64,000 nucleotides of DNA, from NCBI GenBank assembly GCA_043770315.1, contig JAYVIJ010000043.1:1399-65398 (forward strand), given 5' to 3'. This DNA is from Candidatus Altimarinota bacterium. Lineage in GTDB: Bacteria > Patescibacteriota > Gracilibacteria > BD1-5 > UBA2023. The notes beneath the pieces are model-generated. The model saw only the letters and a program-made list of their open reading frames with translations, was not told the origin of the DNA and ran no database searches. A program made the translations under genes and the position numbers. Position 1 is the first letter of the stretch. Every line of letters begins with the position of its first letter. This document shows, in pieces, positions 12,235-23,900 of the stretch.

Positions 12235-12507
12235 CTAGTTTGCACAAGAGAGACCTCATGCGTTTACACCATTTGCCCATTGCCCGACACAAGTATTTGG
12301 TATGAGTCTCTGGTATTGGGCTGCATCAAAACCATCAAGTTTCCTCGAATCTCGGACAGTACCATTGCTCTGATATATTCGAGGGAAGAGATCATAGTAG
12401 ATGCCTCCGCCAATTGCTGAAGTAAAAGGTGCAACAATATGCATCCCGAGAGCAATGCTACATCCTAGTACTATACCGAGGAGAGAATGATAAATATAAG
12501 TTTTCAT
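12235..12507 (-). CDS. 90-aa membrane-anchored mini-protein (TM helix plus conserved Cys module only)
   Basis: MKTYIYHSLLGIVLGCSIALG...SRKLDGFDAAQYQRLIPNTCVGQWANGVNA-G-GLSCAN, ending at TAG 12235-12237. This is the same module that opens 10945..12204, 7092..10892, 32292..34016 and 34546..34845. Confidence 0.6.
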
Positions 12508-12533
12508 AAGTGAAAAAAGAAAGAGGTGAAAAT

Positions 12534-15158
12534 TTAGCGTATTGGAGCAAGACCAGGAGGTGGATCAGTGACGATACGACTATCATATTCAATGATAAAT
12601 GATGCTTTTTTATCATTTGATGAGAGATTTGCTGCGGCTCTTGCTAAAGTCGCTGGTGATATACCACGATAGTATCTAAAATGTTCAAAGTCATATCGAA
12701 GCGGTATTTTGCTATTGCTATTACAATTATCGATTGATTGAGGACAGACAGGAGCTCCTGGTATGGATGCTCATCCGATCGTATTGAGGGAGATAATACT
12801 TCCAAATACATACAGTTGCTTATCGAGGACTCAGGTTGCATTCGAGAGGTCAGTATAGTAAGGCGTTCCACTTCCTGGATCACCAGAGAGAAGAGATCCT
12901 TCAGTGATAAGAGAAGTATCGAGGCGAAAGACGGTATTTTTGACATAGATATTTCCACCATTTCCATTTGCATCTTTGAGTGCGATGAGGGCACGAGGGA
13001 GGACTTGCGCATTCGGAAGGATATAGTCTGCACCGATGGTGATATCACCATATACGACTATAGATGCTTTATTATCGAGGAGAGCAATTTGGGCAGCATT
13101 GATATTTTGACTTCCAGAATATACAATCAAGTTGGTTCATGTATATGTAGAGGCATTGTACGTAGCATTTCTTGTGAGAATACTGATATTTTTGCGTATT
13201 TCATTGAGTATATTTGCGCGAGTGACTGAAGCATTTTTCGGTTGATACATTTCAGTGATGCTTTGGTATATCTTATCACCGCTTGATTGCCCGAGTATTT
13301 TCACTCATCCAGCAAATACGCTATCACTTTGAACAAGAGTACCTTGAGAAAGACCCTGATACGTGATATCTTGTCAACCTACTCACCCGACTCTATAGGT
13401 GATAACAGAGTCATATGCGTAAGATTGCTCTATGTCTACCATATTGACTCGACGAGGCGTTACAGTGAATGAGTGGATATCATTTCCACTCGTCGGTATC
13501 GATATCATCGATGCTCGACCTCACCCAGCGCTGATCCCACGATCACAATATGGACTTCCGTATGATCATCCACTCGGAAGATATGCAAAACAGTCCTGAA
13601 TCGGATTTATACCCGTAGTGTCCTGGAACGTAGAGGCGACATTCGCGACTCATCCCACAGTAGTGACTATAGAAAGTCCATGGATGATATGGGCATTGCT
13701 TGATGCTCCGCTTGGGTCAGTCTTTTGTATAGCACCTGTGATCGTCGTCGGACGTCCTATCTGCCCAGAGAGTCCGATGATACCAATGACTCTATAGAGA
13801 GGAAGGAAGGTGATATTCGTCGTTTGGAACTTCCCAGTGATATCAGCTGAGTGAGCATTTGGTCATGATACATCGACACTCACCGTTCATATACTTATAT
13901 TATTACCAAGAACATTTGGATCTCATGCAGTAGTAGGAGCGTAGCTTGATAAAGAAAAGCTTCGACCAGGAGTATAGTTGTTAGTAAAGGGAAGGGGAGT
14001 AGCATTGGGATTAGTCTCTGTGATTGAGTCATAGAAGCGATATGCTTTATTTGTCTGACCAGCGACATCACCTCTTCCATACGCAAGAGGATTGCCAAAT
14101 AGAGTATTGGTGACCGTAGTACTATTGATTCATACACTATATGTGATATTTCTTCCTATCGCTCCTTCCGCTTTTAGAGTATTCCCATATATATCACGAA
14201 GATTGATTGTGGCATTGAATTTTTGTACGGCATCAGCGAACTTTGAACCGAGAGGGCTTGCAAAATCTCATCCTGCCCAAGTCGTTTTTGGTGTGCTTCC
14301 ATCTGGACAAAGAAGAGCATTTGGGAGATTTGCTGGGATACAAAAAGATGTGAGGAGCGTCCCAGCGGTGACGTTCGCCGCTTGAGATATATTTGCTGCA
14401 TAGACTTGTATCGTTCCTGTGGTAGTCGAACCAAATGGGTCAATGATAGTATAGGTATACTCTGTCGCGAGAGAGAGATCTACATTCGGAAATCCACTTG
14501 ATCATTGATTATAAATATAGGGTCGACATAATGTGATATATCATACAGGGCAGAGTAGCATTGTTATAGTGGCACTTCCGCGTGTAAGTATCCATGCTGG
14601 CACATTTGCCCTGAGTGTTACTGAGTTTGTAGCAAAAGTATAGTCGGAAAAAGGTGCAATATTTGTAAGGGGTGCACCATTGAGAGTTACAGGCATTGCC
14701 CAGAGTTCTGAGTTAAATGGGATTGATCCCACAGTAGTACTCGATGCATTTCAGCTGATGAGTCAAGTGGATTTTGTATAGGTGATACCTTGTCACTCTA
14801 GCTCGATCCAGCCTGCCATACTACTCCAAATATAGCCCCTGAGTGGACATGATATAGCAGCCCCAGTCATACAAGCAACATCGAATTTTGCTTCACTTCC
14901 AGCAACTCCATGGTCAAATTGGGACCATCCTATCGCGTCGGTCCATACATCACCATGAATGATATACCCAGCATCAATACGTACTGGTAAAGGAGAGGGT
15001 CATACCCAAGGGGTTCCCCCCGAAGAGAAGAGAAGATCAGAAGGATTTCCTCCGTAGAGGTAGGTTGTCGCACTTGGAGAATACGCAGCAAATATTTGTA
15101 GAGGAGCTATTATAAATAGACTGAACAAGAATATGATGCGAAAAAGAAAAGATGACAT
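12534..15158 (-). CDS. 874-aa secreted protein with the C-terminal 'NGNGGNIYV' module (paralog of 29154..31484)
   Basis: ATG 15156-15158 to TAA 12534-12536, single frame read codon by codon. Signal peptide MSSFLFRIIFLFSLFIIAPLQIFAAY. C-terminus ...LKDANGNGGNIYVKN...QLYVFGSIISLNTIGG...FIIEYDSRIVTDPPPGLAPIR. Confidence 0.8.
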
Positions 15159-15186
15159 ATCTCGATAATAATAAATTTATATACTT

Positions 15187-16239
15187 TTAGGATTGAAGCT
15201 TAATGCTCGCAACACAAGATTCACGCAAAGAATCATCGACAAGAACATCACATTGGCTTATGTCTTTTGATTCAATAATCTTTTTGATGCGAGTACGATC
15301 AAAACATGATGTCTTAAGTGGACTCTCAGTAAGTTTCTCACAAAGTCTAGGATCTCATTGATTCGTAGCATCGAGAAATATCAAACGTTCTTCTAAAGTT
15401 ATAATTTCTTTTTTACATTGTTCAGCGAGAGAGGTATTTGTGATTTTTTCACAAAGAGAAATATCGCTCTCCTTCTTTGCTCGTGAGTAAAGAGCGGTAT
15501 CTTCACATCGTATTTTTAGAATTTCATCACTCATTTTTTCGCATATTCCAGAATTGGGACTTTCTCCAATTTGAGAAAGTATCTTATAATCATTTTGTAT
15601 GACGATACGGCTTTGACATTCTCATTGGACATCTTTATCGGCGAATTCTTTACAATCTTTTTCTGAAAGTTCTCACTTTGCTGACTGTTTCATCTCGAGA
15701 ACGACAGATTCCGTTCTCTGTTTACATTTTTCTTTCAGACTTATATCTGTTATTTTTTCACAAGTTTCATCATCTTGCTTTGTGCTTCCTGAAAGAGATA
15801 TTTCACTCATAGCAGAAGAGAAATATACATTATTTCTACAGGTATCTCCACTTGTTCCACTGAGGGTCTCACAAATAAGAGGATCTTTTTTTTCCGAAGC
15901 GAGAGAACTCGTAACTTGATTCTCGCAGTTTTGTTTCATTTCATCAATCTCAATTTTCTTGCATACAGTGACATCTTTAGTTCTCGTCGCTTCATTAAAA
16001 AACTCTATTCCCGCAATCGTAGCTTCTTTATTCTTTTCTGCTTCTTCCTCACTTTTTTTCATCGCTTCGATAAATTTCTCATCCTCAGGTGTTATCGTGA
16101 GAACTCTTATATTAGCAGCTTTTGGTGGTACTGACGGTGGAAGTATTTTTTGCTCGTTTGACGGAGAAAAATATATCCATACAGCAATGGCGATACCAAT
16201 GATACCACAAACAAGACTCATCCAAATCGATTTGCTCAT
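15187..16239 (-). CDS. 350-aa membrane-anchored protein built of Cys-pair repeats (family with 18951..19592 and 28117..29091)
   Basis: N-terminal TM (SLVCGIIGIAIAVWIYF), then about nine units of the form D...C-x(7-12)-C, e.g. DISLCEKITNTSLAEQCKKE and DPRLCEKLTESPLKTSCFDR. Ends TAA 15187-15189, 28 nt upstream of 12534..15158. Confidence 0.75.
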
Positions 16240-16267
16240 AAGAATAGTTTTAGAAATAGGAAAAATT

Positions 16268-16362
16268 TTACATACAAAACCTTATATAAGAGTTTGTATG
16301 TAAAATAAGGAACATCTACATAATTATAACATAATTCAAAATCTTAAGCGCAGATTTTGAAT
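16268..16362 (-). terminator. Two hairpins downstream of corA, in the upstream region of the 16239 operon
   Basis: ttacatacaaa-N14-tttgtatgtaa (16268-16303) and attcaaaatc-N9-gattttgaat (16334-16362) lie in an AT-rich spacer. Whether they act as terminator or operator is not resolved. Confidence 0.4.
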
Positions 16363-16399
16363 ATACTTTATTAAAATATATTGTACTATATTAAATTTT

Positions 16400-17323
16400 C
16401 TATAATAAGTCTTTCTTTTTCATTATAATAGTAAGGAGAATCGCAACAAATACTATAGAACAAATCGAAGAAGTGATGAGGATATTGTCAAAATGTCATG
16501 TTTCTGTATTCATCCCGAAAAAACTCGTAATAAGCGTAAGAGGGAGCATAAAAGCGGAAAACACCGTAAGGTATTTTATGGTAGAGTTTGTTTTGAGTTC
16601 GAAGATACTTTTGAGAGTATCTTCCATAGAGTCGATATTTTCTTGGATGATGAGAATCTCGCTGTAAATTTTATCAAGTTTATCTTCAAGGTTTTCGAAA
16701 TAGGTCTCGACTTCATCTCAGAACATTGTCGCCATACGTATCCGTACCAGTTTTAATACCCCAATTTGTGGAGATATCATATGCTTGAGAGTGATTATAT
16801 TTCTCTTCTTGGTCATGATACTTTTAATAAGATCAGGACCATTGGTAAGAAAAAGGTTTTTTTCTATTCATTTGAGATCACGGTGAAAGCCCTCAAGCAT
16901 TTTCATAACATGTTCAAGGAGATTTTCGATCACTTCATAGAGAAGAAATCCCGTATTTGGAAATGGAGTAGCTGTATCCCAGTCCTCGTATTTATCTTGA
17001 AGTTTCTTTATGGTATTCGTCTGAAAGTATCGAAATGTCATCAGGTATTCGGGTGCAATAAATATATTAAATTCATTTGAGATATAGCGTTCGTTATTGG
17101 TATCATATTTTGGAAAATGGAGTACCATAAACATGTACTTATCATAGGTATCGATACGGGCATATTGATTTTCTTCTATGATTGCTTCACGATCGAGTGG
17201 ATGGAATTCATATTTCTCGACGATTTTTTCTATTTCATCGATAGGCGCATTGATATAATCAAACCAAGGATTGGTATAGAGAGGAGTCTTTTTTTCAGAT
17301 ATAACAGTTTTTTTGATTGCCAT
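16400..17323 (-). CDS. corA: Magnesium/cobalt transporter CorA
   Basis: 307 aa joined through TGA. C-terminus has two TM helices and the FFGMNTE (GMN) signature. Ends TAG 16400-16402. Confidence 0.88.
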
Positions 17324-17428
17324 AATGGATTGATTATAGTAATATTTTTATATTGTCGATCTCTTTTGCGGGGAGAATATATTGACTTTGACTTTATAGG
17401 GTTTTTTCATAGTATCTTGCTGACTTTT

Positions 17429-17490
17429 TCCAAGATAGTGGAATGGTAGATGTGTGAATACCTCGAGCGAGAGCGGCTTGGTCAAAGCTA
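17429..17490 (+). pseudogene. Decayed tRNA-Leu-like fragment
   Basis: CCAAGATAGTGGAATGGTAGATGTG... parallels the 5' acceptor/D arm of the intact tRNA-Leu 60 nt downstream (CCCAGATGGTGGAATGGTAGACACG). CGGCTTGGTCAAAGC parallels CGGCTTGCGGGTTCAAGTCC. I cannot fold a proper anticodon or T arm. Confidence 0.35.
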
Positions 17491-17549
17491 TAACTCCGAG
17501 TGAAATAATTGAGATACACGGAGAAAAATAAATAGATCCAGATATATCA

Positions 17550-17633
17550 GCCCAGATGGTGGAATGGTAGACACGGAGGTCTCAAAATCCTCTGCTTCAC
17601 GGCTTGCGGGTTCAAGTCCCGCTCTGGGCACCA
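17550..17633 (+). tRNA. tRNA-Leu(CAA), class II with a long variable arm, CCA encoded
   Basis: Acceptor GCCCAGA/TCTGGGC. Anticodon loop CTCAAAA places CAA at positions 34-36 with U33 and A37. Variable arm TGCTTCACGGCTTGC. T arm GGGTTCAAGTCCC. 3' ACCA. Confidence 0.9.
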
Positions 17634-17757
17634 CGATAAAATCACTATAACTTACCAAGACTTGAATCCAAGTGGTTTCATGAGAAATGCCCAAAGGCAT
17701 TTCGAACACGAGGAGAGTACCTAGATTCCGCGTCCATCGCACCAATAATATAATTCT

Positions 17758-18837
17758 ATGAAATTCCAGCTCGACAACCTCATCACCGAATACGTATCAC
17801 TCGAATCAGAACTTGCAGATCCTACGATCTATGCTGATCTGAAGCGACTCAAATCCGTCAATCAAAATAAGAAATCACTTGAAAAGACAGTCATGCTGTA
17901 TAAGGATTATAAGCGTATTTATGCAAATTATGAAGAAGCCAAAACTCTCGTGACGAATGAGAAAGATCCTGATATGCTTGAGATGATGAAAAGTGAAATA
18001 GCTGATGCAGAGAAAGCCATTCCTGAACTTGAAGAGGCACTAAAATTTGCACTTCTTCCTACAGATCCAAATGATGAAAAAAATATCATTCTCGAAATCC
18101 GTGCAGGTGCATGAGGGGATGAGGCGTGACTCTTTGCTCATGAACTTGCCGAAGCGTATAAAAATTTCGCAAAAAAAGAAGGATACTCGATAGAAGTGAT
18201 GAGTGAAACTTGGAATGATGCTGGCGGATACAAAGAAGTTATTTTTAAGGTTGATGGAGCCTGAGCGTATTCTCGGTTCAAATTTGAATCCTGAGTCCAT
18301 CGAGTTCAGCGTATCCCTGCTACAGAAAAAAATGGACGAGTTCATACGTCTACGACGACTGTAGCTGTCCTTCCGGAAGCTGAAGATGTCGATGTCACGA
18401 TCCGAGAAGAAGATCTCGAAATCAGTGCTTGCCGTGCAAGTGGCGCAGGGGGACAACATGTCAATAAAACGAATTCCGCTATCAGAGTAGTTCATATTCC
18501 TACAGGTCTTGTCGCAGAATGTCAAAATGAGCGTTCACAACTTCAGAATAAACTTACGGCCATCGCTGTTTTAAAATCGCGAATTTTCGCAATGGAAGAA
18601 GAAAAAAAGTTTGCCGCAGAATGAGCTGCTCGTCTTGCACAAGTCGGGTCTGGAGATCGAAGCGAGAAGATACGCACTTATAATTTCCCTCAAGACCGTA
18701 TTACTGATCATCGTATCAATGCAAATTTCTCGAATCTTCCAGTGATTATGACGGGAGATCTTGCCGAGATTATTGATGCACTTGCGATTGCTGATCAAAC
18801 AGCAAAGCTCGAAGCGGCAGCTGGAAATATAGAGTAA
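17758..18837 (+). CDS. prfA: Peptide chain release factor 1
   Basis: 359 aa joined through TGA. RF1-type tripeptide in [14 protein letters not shown] (P-A-T, not SPF). GGQ motif in [13 protein letters not shown]. Ends TAA. Confidence 0.93.
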
Positions 18838-18950
18838 TTTTCGCCAAACTTCAGAGATAATTTTCATAAATGGCAAGCTATTTTTCCCTTGCTTTCTTTG
18901 AAAACAATGGAAACTGATTATACTACAAATATTATTCCTCACATATCATT

Positions 18951-19592
18951 ATGCGCTTATTTCTTCTTGTACTTTCACTGAGCTTTATTCTTATAAGTTG
19001 TAGCACAAAGAGCTCTTCCTCTTCACAAGTAGAAAAATGAACTGTAGATGGTTCTTATGGTGAAGTACTCGAAAACACTTCAACAAAAATAAAAAATACA
19101 GCAGAATTCGAAGAATGTATGAGACCAAGCGTAAATATGTGTGTCAATCAAGTGGGAAACCAACTTGCTCGATCTCAAAAATCTACTGACTTTTGTGATG
19201 AGATGATGCAATGAAGTGCAAGAGATGGTTGTAAATTTGGAGTTATAATGTCCCAAGTTGCGGAATCAAAAGATATAAAACAGTGTGATGGACTCAGTGA
19301 CATGTATAAAAAAGAATGTCGAGTGAGCATCCTTCTTGCTCAAGCAGTAAGCGCAAATGATATAAAAAAATGTGACCTTATCGAGTCTGAGGTTTCTCAA
19401 TCAGGAAGTACTGATACATCAAACAGTAGAGCGGACCAGTGTCGGGCTGATCTTATCATGAGAAAGCAATGAGCAAAGGTTTCTGATTGTGATATACTTA
19501 AGAATGGTGTCTCAAAAGATATGTGTAAGGCAATCGTAGAAAATAGAAATGAATGAGCGAGAGCAGCTACAGAGACGACAATCCAAAATTAA
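18951..19592 (+). CDS. Lipoprotein of the Cys-pair repeat family
   Basis: Lipobox LSFILIS-C. Repeats DIKQCDGLSDMYKKECRVS, DIKKCDLIESEV and VSDCDILKNGVSKDMCKAI resemble 15187..16239 and 28117..29091. 213 aa. Confidence 0.7.
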
Positions 19593-19611
19593 CTCAAAAT
19601 AGTAGTTTGTT

Positions 19612-20496
19612 ATGACAATAATAAGAAAATGTATTATACCAGCAGCGGGTTTTGGTACCCGCTTTCTTCCTGCCACAAAAGCCCAACCGAAAGAGATGCT
19701 TCCCATCGTCGATAAGCCAGTGATCCAGTATCTCGTAGAAGAAGCTGTACAGGCAGGTATTACAGATATTATCATTATTACAGGTCGAGGGAAACGTTCT
19801 ATCGAAGATCATTTTGATACTTCTTTTGAGCTTGAAAAAACACTCGTAGAAAAATGAAAGATCAAGGAACTTGCAGAAGTGGAGAAAGTCTCTTCACTGG
19901 CTCGTATCGCCTATGTTCGTCAGCCTATACCACGTGGTGATGGAGATGCGCTTCTACGAGCTCGAGAATGGATCTGAGACGAGCCATGTTTGGTACTGTT
20001 TTGAGATGATCTTATCCGAGGAGAGAAGTGATGAGCCACACAACTCGTAGAAGCATTCAAAAAAAATCCTCAACCTATTATTGCTCTTGAGAGAGTTTCC
20101 GATAAACGAGTCTCTTCATATGGTATCATCGAATCTTCTCATCAAGATGGGAGCATATATCAAGTATCGAAGTTTCTCGAGAAACCAAAACCAGAAGAGA
20201 CAGAGTCTCGTCTCTGAGTTATCGGAAAATATATCATCACTCCTGAGGTATTTGACTATCTTTCCTCTAATAGCGAATGAGCGAGCAAGGATGGAGAGAT
20301 CCGTCTTGCAGATGCATTTGCTCGGATGGTGAACGATGGAAAATATATAGCGTGACTCGAAATGGAAGGGGATCGATATGATACAGGAGATAAATTCTGA
20401 TTTCTTAAGGCAACGATTGATTATGCTCTTGCGCGTGAAGATCTTGGGCCACAGCTTATGGAATTTTTGAAACGACGAGTAGCAATTCAGTCTTAA
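19612..20496 (+). CDS. galU: UTP--glucose-1-phosphate uridylyltransferase
   Basis: N-terminus [46 protein letters not shown]. 294 aa joined through many TGA. Confidence 0.9.
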
Positions 20497-20546
20497 GGAG
20501 ATACTTTTTCTTTTCGAGTTTTGTAAAATAAACTCAAATTTTCATC

Positions 20547-20930
20547 ATGACAGAAAAACCTCAAAAATCTTCCCGTCGTGCTATCTGAGATCAATGAGAG
20601 CTTACGGCTCTTCGATATCTCCAAGAGAAATGATATCGTATCATCGAGACAAATTATACTATTGTATGATGAGAGATCGATATTATAGCAAAAGAATCGG
20701 ATATATGGATTTTTGTAGAGGTTCGTTATAGGTATGATGAATCACATGGACATCCACTTGATACTTTTAGTCCTACGAAGCGCCGAGCCATGAAACGAGC
20801 TGTACTCTATTATATTATGAAAAACTCTATTTCTCCCGAAGAAGTGCGCATAGATTTTATCGGTCTTATGCCCAAAAAAGACGGTACCACAGGGCACCGT
20901 CTTTGGCATATAAAATGAGTCGAGGTTTAG
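20547..20930 (+). CDS. yraN: YraN-family (UPF0102) endonuclease
   Basis: G-DQ-G-ELTALRYLQEK-G-YRIIETNY...G-G-EIDIIAKE...IFVEVRYR. 127 aa. Confidence 0.8.
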
Positions 20931-20932
20931 GC

Positions 20933-23900
20933 TTATTTCCCATCTTCCATGAGATCATCTATATCATCTGTGACGTCTCTTGCGATCCTTCAAGCCTTCT
21001 CACTATAATATCTTCAATCTCATGCATCAGCTACGCCACCTTTATATCTTGAGTCTTCATCTTTCCATCGATGAAGATCGGTCTTCGTTGGTCTTACATT
21101 ATTTCTTCGGACGATCTTCTCAGATTTTTTTCGTACGATTTCACTGATTATAGGGGTATCTTTTTTCTTACGAGTTGATCCTGATGATAAGCTTGATTTC
21201 CAATTCTCATAATCAGGTCTTGTATTCATAGCTTCATGATCAGCACTATAGATCTCATAAGGATCAATTCCCATATTTCGAAGATCATCGAGGTACTCGT
21301 GAGGAAGAGATATGAATCTCTTGATATCATCATCCGATAGTGGAGGATGTACGGATCGTGCTGTAAGCTCAGTGGCAAAATATTCAATAATTTCTTTTCT
21401 ATAGAGTTGATATTGTTTTTCTTGAAGCTCAAGGTTCCCACCAAAATATTTCGGATCCCTGATGGCATTCATCTGTTCTTTTACACCTTCCCAGAGTTTT
21501 TCATACTCTACGGTTTGCATTTTTTTATCTCAAGTTTTCGTACCATAAAGTCGTATCTTATTGAGCATTCTTTTGAGTGAGAGTAATCCAGTTTTTTCAT
21601 CGAAAGTCATGATACGACTCATACGAATACCATGCTCATCGAACCAATCTTTTCCAGTAGGATTTCATGGGATATTTGAGTCATTGAGTTGCATCATATG
21701 CTTCCCGCTCAGTGTTTTTAGATAATTCCTTGCAGTAGAGTTTCATTCATGATTTTTTTTGACGAGCCATCCATTATGTCCTTGAAGCATGTCATGGAGT
21801 CATTGCCCTTCCCATTCTTGCCAAAATTTCGTAAGCTCCATTCCTGCTTTTTCAGTCTTTTCTGGATCATTATGATCATAAGTAAATGCTGCCTTGAGAT
21901 CATCGAATTTTTTCACAAGACTATCTCACATTCACTTTTCTTTACCGATATCTTCAAGGGCAAGTCGAACAGTAGACGAGTATAGATCATTATCTGCTTT
22001 ATTTCGCATGAAAGAGAAAGCATGAAATGTGAATCATCATTCGGCATAAGTCTTGATTTGTTGTAGCGCATGATGCGTCGCATAACCTGAAAATCCTCAC
22101 ACACACCAGATAAATGGTATAACTTGATATTTAGGACTTTTATCCTTTCCAGCAACAGCTTCCATAGCACCGACAGCTTTATAGATCTCATGCGTTTTAA
22201 GATAGCCTACTGCTTTATTGACTCGACCATCTACGTTTACCATTTGTGTTTGGTCTACGCCCTTCTTTTTTGCACTGTCAAATCATTCCGTTCTATAATT
22301 TTTCTCATATCAACTTGGACCACCGATAGCTTTCACTACGCTCGCAGCATATGGAAAAAGATTCCACTTTCCATCGATCTGTTTCATGAGAGCATGAATC
22401 AGTTGCTCTTCTGTCGGTTCACCTTCATGATTGTCTTTTGTTCCCATCTCTGTGATAGCTCTGTCGTAGGCTTTTTGTCTCCAAGATTCGAGATTTCACA
22501 GTTTTGCTGTAATGATAAATCCATCAAGAAATGCGAAATATCAAGGTTTTGCCGTCTTGATACTTTTTTGATTAACGATTGATTGATAGTGTTTTATATC
22601 TTCAGAATAGAGTTGGCCATAACTCTTCAGCATATAGTTCATCGCTGCAGCAACTTCTTCTGGACGGGAGTCACGATCATGCGCAATATGTATACATTTC
22701 CACCGACCAGCTGGACCAGGAAGGCCAAAGATTTTTTGTTCATATTTTTCGACGATCTCTTTACTTGCTGATGTGATATCAGCATATACTTGGGCTCATA
22801 CTGCAGTCTCCCCAGCTCACACCATACGTGCGGCAGACATTGCGAATCGGGCAGCATCGAGTTTGGCTCATTTTTCGAGGGTATGCTCGATACCATGATA
22901 GAGCATTTCAAAACCCTTCATGATGCTTGCAGGATTCTGCCACTTCATCATACGTTTGAAGATACTTCCTGACATATGCGCATCATAGTGATCATGATCT
23001 TCATGACCATGCGTATCGCTAGGAAGTATAGGATCTGTATCTGATTTTTCGAATTTCTCTTTCTCTAAATATTTGAGAAATGCTCCATAACTCAGATATT
23101 TTCTTTTCTTATAGAATCTTTGAATCTCTTTATCGTATCCGTGTTCCGCAGCATGTTTTTTTATTACTTCCAATTCCTCACCATCTTGATCAAATTCACC
23201 GAATTCAACAACACCATCTTGTATCGAGAATAAACGAATATGTCATCATTTTTCTGAAGTATAACAACTAATTTTTTTCTCTTTCCCATGCCCATGATCA
23301 TCCTTTTCTGGAACTATAATTTTTCCATCTTTGATTTTCGCATCATGATCCAGTCATTTTTCTTTTAGTGCATTGATCATATCTTCACCTTCTCTACTCA
23401 CTTTTCCTATTCGTTTAAAATTCGCGTTATCTTTGATGCCATTATATATCTCTTGTAGGGGTATTCATTCTACAACAAATCCTTCTTCCGCTAAAAGACT
23501 TACAGTTATATTTCCACCAGAATCCTTTTTTATAGCATAGACTGTCCAGATTTCATTATTATTTAATTTTCCCTTTTCATCAGTTGATGATCCGATAAAT
23601 ACCGTTCCTTCACCAAACTTAAATTCGCTTCATGTAGGATCAAGAAGATTTATCTTTTCTTCCAAATCTTTCTCATCTTTCACCTCTGTATCTTCAATAT
23701 CTCGTATATCGAGAAATTTACTTGTATCGGTACGATCTTTGGTAATAATATCTGTCTCAAATTCTCATCCACGGATAGCGACCGCATCCCCGAGATTCTG
23801 AAGTATTTCGAGAAAATGATCATATGAAGACGTGAAGTACTGGCTTTGACGCAGTTGTCCATCCACGATAGGCATTCCTTCAAGTTCGATACCAAGTTCA

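Noticed and set aside
14174-14443. Minus-strand ORF 14174..14443 (MTHLVRLPQERYK...) as a separate gene.
   Set aside because: It lies out of frame inside the 874-aa CDS. The frame-0 reading (IDPFGSTTTGTIQVYAANISQ...LLCPDGSTPK) aligns with the paralog at 29154..31484.
17550-17633. This tRNA could be the TGA-decoding tRNA(UCA), because its anticodon loop contains TCA.
   Set aside because: With a canonical 7-nt loop (CTCAAAA), positions 34-36 are CAA. The long variable arm is the class II tRNA-Leu architecture, not tRNA-Gly.
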